64,000 nucleotides of DNA from Penicillus capitatus (taxonomy: Eukaryota; Plantae; Chlorophyta). Shown here piece after piece: positions 51,192 through 62,500 of this stretch. Numbering within the stretch: position 1 is the stretch's first letter; every line of letters begins with the position of its first letter. Position numbers and translations under genes: made by a program. The stretch spans positions 310,001 to 374,000 of the forward strand of contig OZ287697.1 in assembly GCA_965649825.1 (NCBI GenBank). The letters are read 5' to 3'. The notes under the pieces were generated by a model. That model was not told where the DNA came from, ran no database searches, and saw only the letters and a program-made list of their open reading frames with translations.

Positions 51192-52533
51192 ATGGTTTCA
51201 TCGGGATCCATATCGACGGCATTTGTCTTTATCCTGCTGTCGGTGGGAAGTGAGGTCTTTCGTGCGTAATCGCTGTGCTGAAGTGAGTGCACTAGGCAAT
51301 GCTGCGTCGACGCGGCGTTTGAAACAAGAGGTGTCGCCCTCGCCGCCAACGGCGTCAGCCGGCGTCAGTGTATCCTTCGTGGAGTCAAGCCCTACACCGC
51401 CGAGTATCAGCATCTCGCTAAGTGCAGTAACCTCGCCTGTAGATCCGCCTGCCGACACCACTCCGCCACCGGCAAGCCCGGCGGACCCCGTGACATCTCC
51501 AGCGGACCCGCCTGCCGACGCAACGCCGCCGCCGGCAAGCCCGGCGGACCCCGTGACATCTCCAGCGGACCCGCCTGCCGACGCAACGCCGCCACCGGCA
51601 AGCCCGGCGGACCCCGTGACATCTCCAGCGGACCCGCCTGCCGACGCAACGCCGCCACCGGCAAGCCCGGCGGACCCCGTGACATCTCCAGCGGACCCGC
51701 CTGCCGACGCAACGCCGCCACCGGCAAGCCCGGCGGACCCCGTGACATCTCCAGCGGACCCGCCTGCCGACGCAACGCCGCCACCTGCAAGCCCGGAGGA
51801 CCCCGTGACATCTCCAGCGGACCCGCCTGCCGACGCAACGCCGCCACCTGCAAGCCCGGAGGACCCCGTGACATCTCCAGCGGACCCCGTTACCTCGCCC
51901 CTAATGTGCCGCCCAGAACTCTGCTCAGCAGCACAGCGTCGTGACGAATCAGTCGTTCGAAGTGCTATTGAAGATGGAGAGGCCGGTCTTTGCGATTGCG
52001 TTTGCGACCCTACTACTGGAGACACACTTCTTCATGTGAGCGCATGCTCTGAGGCCGTGGCATTCGCTATACTGTTACTCGAACCTCCGCCGATGTGTGA
52101 CGCGGATGTCATGGACGCCGATGGGGGTTCTCCTCTCCACGAAGCAGCAGGCTGCTGTAATGCACCCATGGCATTCGTAAGTTCAACCATCCCTCTTTGC
52201 CTGTCACATCAACTGCTTTTCAGAACTTTCTGCGCTTTGGAGCCGACACCGAAAAGCTCAATGCCGCCGGGATGACGCCTCTGTGCGTTGCCGCCATGCA
52301 AAACTCAGAGACTTGCGCCCCAGTCGTCGTGCAACTGGTCAGCGACTTCGGTGCCGATGTCTGCTCGCCATGTCCAACAGACACTGGCCCAATGTTGCCT
52401 GTCGATGTCGCCGTCAACCCTGTCGTCAAGAATGTAAGACATCGATTGCTGTCCCGTCTAAAGCTTGATCTGCATGGCATAGATTATCATCCAAAACGGC
52501 GGAAACCCAGTCGATCTTGGAGGCACGTGTTAG
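51192..52533 (+). CDS. Secreted Cys-rich ankyrin-repeat protein A8 with a Pro/Ala/Asp/Thr/Ser-rich stalk
   Basis: Signal exon, 3 introns, 7 x 21-aa repeat, then the same 14-Cys ankyrin module (GDTLLHVSAC, GGSPLHEAAGCC, GMTPLC). Confidence 0.85.
51442..51882 (+). repeat. 7 x 63-nt near-perfect coding tandem repeat (DPPADATPPPASPADPVTSPA)
   Basis: Exactly 441 nt; units differ at only a few positions. Confidence 0.95.
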
Positions 52534-53535
52534 ATCAACCCCCTCGATGCAAAGCTCCAGTAATGAGAAGTAGTCCTTCAAGATGCGTCTATTCCACAAC
52601 CGGAACAAGTCGAATGTCGTATCATTTTCAGCCAGATGTTCTTTTTTCTTTCGGATTTATGCGCTCAGATGAAGCGTTTAGACTCCACGAGATCGTCAAG
52701 TTTGCCGGGAAACGATTCGGTGTAACGTTTTCGTGCGATTGATGGAACTTACCTCTCTCCTCGCGCGTTATCATCCGCCTGTCACCGACAATGCTGAAAA
52801 AGAAGGTCATCTATGCGGCCTCGATAGATATTGTCTCGAATGACCGTTGTTCGATCGCTGCCCGATTCGCTGTTCATCGGTGACGTGACGTGCGCGGCAT
52901 TGAGTGCAGAGCCTTATTCCTAATCACAATCTACATCTATGACCGTCGTACTGCCAAAGGATGCATCGAAATGCTTGAAATGCATTCAGCGCCGCCCTTA
53001 CGCTTTCGTGCGTGTGTAAATGAATGAAGGTCGAAGAAACGCGACGCTGAAAGTTCTATAAACACACCAACGCAGCATTCCATCAATTACAAAGACATGC
53101 TCACTAGCTGCGAACCCTCTTGCTGTCTCTTTTAAGCTCACAAGGGAGCGAGGTCTGTCATTTACGTCTTTTCCAATACAGCCTAGAGCGCTGACAATGA
53201 ACCCTTCAACCCATCTTGCTGCAACAGTCCAAAGACTCCGTCAAACTTGGCACCGTCGCTGAAAGCATTCCGCGTCGTTTCCAGACAGACGACGAACTTC
53301 ACCGTCGATTTCCCGCTGGTTCACGAACAGCGTCGTATTCCATTGGATGGGGTCTGCCACGCAAGCCACCCTTGGACGCGTTCTCATTGGAACTCGATGA
53401 CGACAAGACGCATCGACCAGCGAAATTCAAGACGAACTTGACCGTCTCGACTATAAAAGCGCCATTCCTTTCTCTCTCGCCGTCTTTGCGGCTTCTCCTT
53501 TTCTCATCTCACGAATCTGCTCTTCTCGACGCGCC

Positions 53536-54456
53536 ATGAAGTCATCCTTGGTCTTCGTCCTGCTCGTCTGTCTCTTCGCCAGTCTGACAGGCAGACACTG
53601 CTACACGGATTTACCGCTTTGCTGACGGACTTTGTGTCTTGGCTCAGTTTCCGACGCGCAAGGCGTTGCGACACAGGTATCTACTGCCTTGCGTTCCGTG
53701 ACGGGATGCTCGACGACGGTTCTCTTCGTGACTAGGCGTGCAGTCAAGCGTGCGAAGCTGCCCGAAAGAAGGACCCCGAAGTCATTCGGGCACTGCTCGC
53801 TAGTGGCGCTGACCTGTGTCACTGCCGCTGTACCTGCAACGGCGAGACGCCGCTTCACCTCTCCGCGGCGACAGAGTGCACTTTGTGCGCCGAAGTGCGA
53901 TACCAACAGCGCTGTCGTGGCAAAACAACGCATAACGCGATATGGCTGTAGCTTTTGACCCAGGAGCCGTCGAGTTGCTATGTGGACCGCCTGAACTTTG
54001 ATGGGGACTCTGGACTGCTGATGGCGGCGAATATCTGCCAAAGTCCAATGACCAACGTACGCGCCGCGCCTAACCGACGGTGATGTGACCTTTGCGTATG
54101 TGCCGACTGTTTAGACTTACCTGAACGCCGGAGCGAATCCCAACGCAGTGAACTACTACGGCAAGACGGCACTCTGTTTGGCAGCTGCTCTCGAAAGCGA
54201 CCGCTGCGGTGGTGTTATTAACGTACAGACAGCATTCCTTCATACTTCTCGTGCTCAATCTTTGATCCATCTCTACAGGACTTGGTCACCGGAGGAGCAG
54301 ACATCTGCCAGAGATGCAACGGCCAGACGCCGTTCGAAATTGCCACGTATCCGAACAACAAGAATGTAAGACGCATAGACTCCTGTGGACGGTGGCACCA
54401 AGCACGTCTTGTTTTCCTAGATTATCATCCAGAATGGCGGAGATAACTGTCCTTGA
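53536..54456 (+). CDS. Secreted Cys-rich ankyrin-repeat protein A9
   Basis: Almost invisible in the ORF track; six introns (the first probably GC-AG, 53591-53647); GETPLHLSAA, GANPNAVNYYGKTALC; 15 Cys. Confidence 0.75.
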
Positions 54457-54766
54457 ACAGACAGAGATTCTGCCGCTCTCACACAAAACACCACACACCG
54501 AAGCCCGGTTTCATTTTGATGATACCCTCGCTCGCCTAGAACCTATCCGTTGCGTCCACATAGCTTGTATCCGCATTCAGACGATAGAGAACGATGTTTT
54601 TAAGAACGTCTTCCACGCATCGGTCTGTTCGTCTCCCGTCGTCCGTCATCGTCAAGCAGCACGGCAGAGATTCCACGCGCATCATCGGCGCTATGGCATC
54701 TATGTCGTTCCTATCGATGCCCCTAGTCTCTTAAACCATTCAAGCGCTTGTTTGATTTGAAACGTC

Positions 54767-56383
54767 ATGAGTTGTCACGAAGCGCCTTCCCTTCATACGT
54801 CACGTGTTCGATTCTCAGACTTCAGTGCTCTTCAAAAAATCGGATCCGGGAGGTAAGCCACGGGATACTCCTCGTCTGATCATCGCAGATTTCAGGGATT
54901 GCGTCGTCTACCGTGCACTATGGTCGAATCGTTCCAACCCAAGAACCGTCGTCCTGAAAGCATACGACCGCAAGAGCACGTCGACTGCCAAAGTCCGAGC
55001 CATAAAGCGCGAGGCCCGTATGATGGATCTCGTCAATCGCGAAGGGTAACTAAGCCACGTCCATCTCGCATTCAAAACGACACCCTCTGATTCAGAGTGC
55101 CGCGCGTTGTTGGCTACTATGGGTGTTTTCAGGACACCGAGTGTTACTACCTTATTATGGAGTTCTGTGGACAAGGGGATCTTCTGGAAAAGATTCTGTT
55201 GGAGGGACGGGCGATGGAGGAGCGCCGTGTCGTCAACGAAGTGGCCGTGCCTCTGCTGATGTCTCTTGTCGCGATACACAATCTCGCGCTGATTCATCGG
55301 GATATCAAACTCGAAAACGTCTTCGTCGACGACAGGGGCTACGTCAAATTTGGCGATTTCGGTCTCGCCATGAGTACAGAAGAGGAACGCGGTATTTCAC
55401 CTGTGGGCACCGTACGCATCTTCGCTGTCGGTGGCGGCTGTTTGGAACGTCTGGCAGGTCGAGTACATGGCTCCAGAAGTGAGACAAGCGGAATAGGTCA
55501 CCTCCGAAACGACGCGCATCCACGTAGATCTGTATGCTTCCGGCTGCCGAGTGCATTGCGTCGGGTAAGATGCATCCACGCGACATCGAGCCTGTCGACG
55601 AGAAAGTGGATATCTGGGCACTCGGTGTCACTTTCTACGAGCTGCTGACGGGTACATAACGAAATCCGCCGCCATCAACGGATGCCGATATGGAAACTAG
55701 GAAAATCGCCGTTTGAGGGAGAAAACAAACTGGCGCTGAGAAGAAACATTATCGACTACAATATCCGGCGTCTTCCACGCTATATAAGTCCACAATGCAG
55801 CGATTTTCTGCGACAGGTTATGCTAGAATCGAATCTCGGTCGCGAGAGGACTTGATGTGACAGATGCTGCGCTATCGGGCTGGAGAGAGGGCAAGTGCTC
55901 GTGTACTCTTACAGCATCCGTGGATTGAACAGTACGGCATCAACGGAAAGAGAGTCAGCATCGAGACTGGTACATGTCGCGGAACATCTAACGCCATTCG
56001 TATGTCGAGAACAGCCTCGGACAGTTCAAAGCCAAACGCGCATCACGTATGGACGATGTCGGATGCGACGTCCCTGTGCACGTGCATTGCAGGAAGAAGC
56101 GCTGGCGAGCAAACCGAAGCGCATACCGTCTGAGAATTCACCTGCGCCGCCTCGCGTGTCGCCGGAATCGTTGGTGCTCGTAACAGAACGACGCAGAGAG
56201 AAATTCCACAAGAAGCTGGCACGTCTCTTGCCCATCTACAAAGCACCTCATGTCGACACACCTCTTCAGCGCCCTCTGCTGACACGAATGCATCTCCAGG
56301 AGAAAGGAATCTGTATGCGAGATCTGTGGAGCCTCGACATGAGCGACGACGAGGACGGCGACGAAGAGGATGACATCATGTAG
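54767..56383 (+). CDS. Aurora-like Ser/Thr protein kinase
   Basis: Spliced KIGSGR|DCVVY, VVLKAY, HRDIKLEN, DFG, GT|VEYMAPE, DIWALGV..ELLTG|KSPF; acidic C-terminus. Confidence 0.88.
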
Positions 56384-56432
56384 GTGGGGAGTGACGTCAG
56401 TTAGACGTCGTGTCTAAAGCACGTCGTGGCGT

Positions 56433-57604
56433 CTATTCGACAACAAGAGTGTTTTTCTTTTCGAGATCTATATCTCCCATCCCTTCTTCAAACGATTCCT
56501 CACTGTCTTCGTCGCCCGACACTTCGCGATTCGCTTCTTCCATTTCGTTCATCTTCAGTTCCCAGATGCGATCTTCACGTTCGCTCACGACACGCGGTTC
56601 ATGAACCATGACAAACTTCCCTTTGGCTCCTTCGATCGATGCCTGACAGGCTTCGCAAGCGAGTCTCAGTGTGTCGACGCCTGCCTGCTTCTCCAATGTC
56701 TGAGTGGTCAGGACGTAAACGGGTGGTGCCACGAGCTTTGCCTTGATGGGACAGTTTTCTGTCGAAACGGCCTCGGCTGCACGCATAGCATCCTGTATAT
56801 GTACAATCCCTCCGTACTGAAAGCACGTCATCTCGATGTCGGAACGAATCTTTAGCGGCTGCGGTGTCATGCGCCGACGGATATTCATCATCAGCGTCTC
56901 CTGTATCGCACTCGATGACGTACAGAAATGTCATCGTGCTCAAAACAGGACCAGTGTTTTGGGAGTGAAGTCAGGAATGGTGCCGCTGTGGAAATCTTCG
57001 AGTTTCTTCACCGTGGCCGTTTCGTCCGTAATCATAAGCTTGAATGCCTCGAAGGCGTGGCCGTAGAGGCGGTACAATGGCCAGCCGATCGATTTGTACA
57101 GTCTCTCCAACTCGATTTCCAGCGTCTCTGCCGTGTGCCGCATAATGGAGTGGACCTGTAAGAGTCACACGACCTTTACTCCCCTCCTTTCGACAGATCT
57201 CACCAGTTTCGACTTGGTAAACCGTTCATCACACGCAGCAATGTCCTCAGGGGACACACGCCTCTTTGACAGGTCGATGTATCCTGTAACCCAGTGACAA
57301 AGAGTGACGCACTGCACGAACATACCTTTCTCTTCGTCCACTCTGAGGACCAGAACAGGCTCACGGCGTCCGACTTTGATGATCTTTGTGATGGAACGAA
57401 TGCGCTTGCGAGATAACTCGGAAAGGAGTACGAGACCTGAAAAGACATTAGGGCAGTAGGAAGGGAGGAATGGGAGTTGCCTTCGATGTTGTTGTATTCG
57501 AGCAGTTGTACGTAAGCGCCCATTTCGGCGATGGAGGTAACTTGCACCATCACGACACTGTCAACCTCCGGGAATTTGTTCTCATACATGCGACAGTCCT
57601 GCAT
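56433..57604 (-). CDS. eIF2A/SUI2: Eukaryotic translation initiation factor 2 alpha
   Basis: [29 protein letters not shown]|[18 protein letters not shown]|[25 protein letters not shown]; four introns. Confidence 0.96.
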
Positions 57605-57930
57605 GATGCGCAAGGAACCAAAGTCAGATGACGAAGCGAGAAAGACGTTCGATGAAAATCGTTAAGAAAATTAAACCGAAATACGCAATGTCCCCTCGCG
57701 CTGCATCCCATCTCTCAGCACGTCCCTTTGCGCTCTATATCATCGACAGAATCGAATAGCGACATGTCGGCTGTGTCCGAACGCAATCAATTCGCATCAA
57801 GCCTTTCGCACGAACAAAAGAAATACGAGAGCCATTTGTTGGATTGATCGTCAAAGGCAGAAATTGAGCATTTAGGAAATGGATATCGATTCAAAAGAAA
57901 CGCGTTTCTTTCTCTATTTGCAACTTGGAC

Positions 57931-59553
57931 ATGTTTTATCTGCTGACCTGTCTACTGCTCTTTGTATTGGCTCGTGTGGCCTGGGCGCGTTGGAAATATG
58001 ACGTTCACAAGATACCTTCTCCTCGCGGATGGCCGCTGGTCGGACACGGACTCTACTTCGTGAACGGAAAAGTGAAAAACGAATATACGAGGGTCAAAGC
58101 ACGATTCTTTAAAGAACTTGGCTATCCCAAGATTATGAAAGCAAGTTTCGGATAGTTTACAGGAGGAAACGTTACGCGGTCGGTCTCTGTGCCAGTTGAA
58201 TTTGTTTGGGAAAATCCACGTCTTTGTTGCCGACGGTCACACTGCCAAGGAATTGATTTTGAAGCCTAATGATATACCGAGGACGAGTTTCCTTCAATGC
58301 CTTTCGATAGTATCTCTTTACTTTGGCTCGTTCTCTGCTTGACTTCTACGCATGCAGCTGCTCGGAAACGATTTGACAGCAAAAATGCTGGCAGGAACTC
58401 GAAGTCTCACTCCCCATGTCAAGAAGATCCGACGCGTCTACGCCTCTGCTTTCCTCAGCAGCCATCTCAAGCGTATGGTCCCCAAACTGCACAGCGCCTT
58501 GGACAGGATGCTGGAGATCATGGAGTCTCATCGCAAGACAGACCCCATCGACATGCAGCAGCTCTGCATTCGGATGACGCTGGATATTATTGGCATCGTG
58601 GCTTTCGAGACGAATCTCGGCGGATTGGATGAAAGCAGTAACCTCTGTCAATTGCTACACAAGACAAGTTGCATTGCGATTGATCGTCTCACGAATCCGT
58701 TCAAAAAACTCAAATGCAGGCTTTTCCCAGAATGCGCTGAAGCTCAGAGGGATAACGCAATCATTGACGCCTTGACAGCTGAGTGGGTACGCTTGACACG
58801 AGATATCCTCTCCCGAGACGACCCTCGCGATGGGGAGACGCCCTTGTGGTTTGGGTTGAAACAGTTGGCGGATCCGAGTGCGGCAGAACCACTGGAGTTT
58901 AACAGTCTAAAGGGCGAAGTTGCAGCAGCGGTATTGAGTGGGATGGATACGACAGGACATCAACTCTGTTGGACATTAGCTCTTCTCGCCTCTTATCCCG
59001 ATGTGACGCAGACACTCTTAGAGGAGTTCGAAGGTCGCGGACTGTATGGAGAGGATGCAAAGAGGGTGTCTTATGAAGATCTTGGAGACATGCCCTATCT
59101 AGCGGCAGTCATCAAAGAGAGTATGAGAATGGCGTCTGTCGTCTCTGGTGCCATGCGTGAAGCTCCATGCGTGAAGCTCCATGCGACATGAAAATTCTGG
59201 GTTATAGGATTCCTAAAGGGACGTCTCTATCCTGTCCTGGCAACAGATGGTTGGATTCCAAAGACGAATGGGGCGATCCGGAAGTTTTCCGTCCGGAAAG
59301 GTGGCTGGAAGAGAAAGACATCTCGCAGCGTTACTATCTTGGCTTCTCATACGGACCGCGAGACTGTGCAGGGCAGAAGCTGGCGATGCTGGAGATGAGA
59401 GTGGTTCTCATCCGTCTGCTGGGCGCGTATCACTTTTTTTTGACAGTTTCATTTGATGAGCTGATGGACGACAGTCGAGATGGAATAACGATTCGAGCGG
59501 AGAATGGAATGTGGTTTCGCATTACTCCGAGAAATCAAGTGACCGCGGATTAG
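57931..59553 (+). pseudogene. Cytochrome P450 (copy 1) with a frameshifting 14-nt tandem duplication
   Basis: N-terminal anchor, PxPxxWP, I-helix SGMDTTG, KESMR, FRPERW and heme motif FSYGPRDCAG. The frame breaks at the 59153-59180 duplication. Could instead be an assembly error. Confidence 0.75.
59153..59180 (+). repeat. Perfect 14-nt tandem duplication atgcgtgaagctcc x2
   Basis: Read directly; removing one unit restores AMREAPCDMKILGYRIPKGT. Confidence 0.9.
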
Positions 59554-62500
59554 AGTGAACATGGGAGGGTCCTCCATCTAAAAATCTCTGTACACTCACA
59601 TTTTTCGCTTATTTCATTAATCATCGATCGGGATGGATTTGTTTTTGTCCGTCGAGAAAACGGAACAACGTGTGGAGTTTTTACTTTTGTATCATTGAAC
59701 AAGGATGCAGTGTCGAATGTGCTATGCGGAAACCTTTAAACACAGGTTGGGTTCAACTACGGCAAGCCTATACGACTGCGACGGCCCATCAGCCCGAACT
59801 TCTAACCTCAAAGCGTTAGCAGTGTCGTCAGAACGTATGTTGAGGAAATGACGCCCAACATTTGGAGAGAGTTCATCTCTCTGATTCTGGCCAAGATACC
59901 TAATGAGCGATCAATTCGATTATGCAACAGGAAGCTTAAGTAGATTCTTTGATTTCAGTGCTTTACCGATCTTATGCTTCCGCACAATAACAGGTTTCGG
60001 GGCGATAAACGAGGTCTGATATCTCCTGAAGATGCAACCCTAAATCGAGGTTGACTGGTGCGAAGACAGATCTACCAGCCTACGAATCGATCTCATGTTA
60101 GTAGTGCCATACGAATGGACGAGGGAACAATGGACAAGACGAACACAATTCATCATATTTTACTCGTTTATTAATAATAGAATAAAGGGAGGAAAGTTAG
60201 GTACGGTCCTATTTCGTTTATTCCGCCAGGTCATCGGCAATTCCAGTTGGCAAGTTGACGTTCGTTATTCCCGGCGAATAGAAGGTCGCCCTACGCTACC
60301 GACGGGCAGACACGAACAGTTTCCGGCTTGCGTACCGGACACGTTGCAGCTTCGTGACGTGACGTCCGCCCGCGGGGGCGACCAAGGGTACAAATAACGG
60401 TGCGTGCACCGCCCTGTAGTCTTTGCATTGACTCAGTGTTGTTTCCTCCGACCGTCGATTCGCGTGTGCGCGACCGCGGCGTACGAGTCTCTAAAGATTC
60501 CCGTCAGCTACCGACTCCATGGCCCGTGCCAAGGAGCGTGCCCTCTTATATTCGAAAGGTCGCCAGCTAAAGAATTTTGGCCATTCTTGGAAAGGTCCTA
60601 TTGACATAATCAACCCCGTCTTCGCGCCTGCGTCCGCCTCAAGCTTTGATAGCAGTTGTGCCAGTTCTCCTTCGGCTTGTTTTGTTCAGTATAACTGGTC
60701 TATGCATAGTTGTCACATTTGACGCCATGTAAACATAACCTGATTAGCTCCGTAGCTGCAAGCCCCCTGTGCATTGAAACCGTGATATCGTGCCAAGCTC
60801 GTCTTGTTTCGGCCGCGTTTGTTCGTTCTGTTGATGGCTCGCCAAGTCGGAGAGGAGGGAGTTTGAGCCTTTGAGCGCGTTCCACAAGCGCCTTTTACAG
60901 ATCAGCGTCGACTCTGTGGCAACTGTGTTTGAGCGCAACTGCTCCACGTCCCCGCTGCAACTGGCACAAGTACCTCATAATCTCGTCCATTGACGCGTTC
61001 AAGCCCGACTGCGAAGGCTGCGATAGACATGCACCTCTTCTCTGATTGACTCCTCCTACACGTAACCCTAGTTTTGTCGAATAACGACGCGCTACACACG
61101 AACACCAACCAAAAAAGGCTCCTTGTGAAGAGCACGGTGGAATGAATCCAATGAAATTGGGTCACAACACATTAGTTACATCAAAAGGCCGATTTTCAAA
61201 ATTTGTATGCTCGAACTTCGAGTAAGCAAATTATCCCGTTGCCCTACAGCGCCTCACGTCACCGAAATGGAGGATGCTGTGAAACCCGACTCGTGATCAG
61301 AACGAATAAAAAGGGGAATGAGAGAGACGATTGGCGGCAAGAGAATAAAGGAGGAAGCCGAACATTCGTATTGTATTTCCAGCGTTTACCTTTTGTCGAA
61401 CGTTGACCATTTTGTAAGTGAGCGTTTTTGTCTGGGCGTCGAAGCGTGTCCTTCGTCATGGGCGCGAGACGCGATTTTACAGATGCATGCCTCGAACGAG
61501 GCACGACGTGATGATTACAAAAAGACGAAAAGAGGCATAATGCCACGGAGACTTCTGAGAATTTAAACTAGACGATTATGTTGTATGCGTCTCAGTTCAA
61601 GTTATTGCCACGCATTTAGTTCTCTGCAAGAACACGCATCGGACGAGGGGCTACCTTTGGGTTAGGTTCACACTTCTTTTGTCTATGACGACCGCACCAT
61701 GTTAAATATCCGATAACGCGTGTATCGACTTCTTCGACAATCGAAATTTCAAAATATGTTCGGAAGTTTAATAATGGCGAATTCCAGCCACAGAACGATT
61801 ATTATTTGCGGTCCATCAGCGCTAGTAGACGCGCAGGCTCGTGCAAGGTGCAATGGAAGCACAAGATGCGGCGAAAACGGTCGGATCAGTGTTACAATAG
61901 CTCATACACACAGTCTGACAACATCTTGAATGTCTTACTTCGACGAACGTAAAAGTGCAGAACGTACGCAGCTGCAGGAAGACCTCAAACAAGACGTCAC
62001 GAACATAAGCTGCCCTTAGCGCCAGACAATGCAAACAGTCGCTTCAACTGTATGACTCGCTGCATCGTCTTGTTAAACACATTGTGAACCTGACAATCAG
62101 TCACATCATGGATGTCGAGCCTTCACATTCCGCGTAGAAGAATGCCTGTTTGGTATGCGCAGCCGTGTCTCGGCGGGACAATGCCTTGTGTAACTTCCAA
62201 TAGTGTTCTCGAGTGGGTAATGGGAAAAACCTTTTATGATAGTGAAGCCAAGGGTTGCCTAAGGAGGGTAAACAAAATTTGCAGCAGCTTTGCCGCATAT
62301 TTATGGCATCTGGTCGTGCAGGCTGTTATGAAGAAAATTGCATCCATTCGTACAGACTGTTATGAACAAAACGTAGTGGTCACTGCACCGAAAACGATAC
62401 CAAAGCATTGTTGCTTAAACAACGCCGGTCGTGCAGGGATGCGGAACATGAACAATCCTGATTGCGTGCGGGTGTCGGACCCCTTCGCAAACAAAGGCGC

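Noticed and set aside
51442-51882. Regular repeat array as a possible CRISPR
   Set aside because: Contiguous 63-nt units with no unique spacers, in frame inside a spliced eukaryotic CDS; no cas genes.
54804-54900. Kinase apparently lacking a Gly-rich loop (pseudokinase)
   Set aside because: A 43-nt intron restores KIGSGRDCVV; the catalytic K, HRD and DFG motifs are intact.
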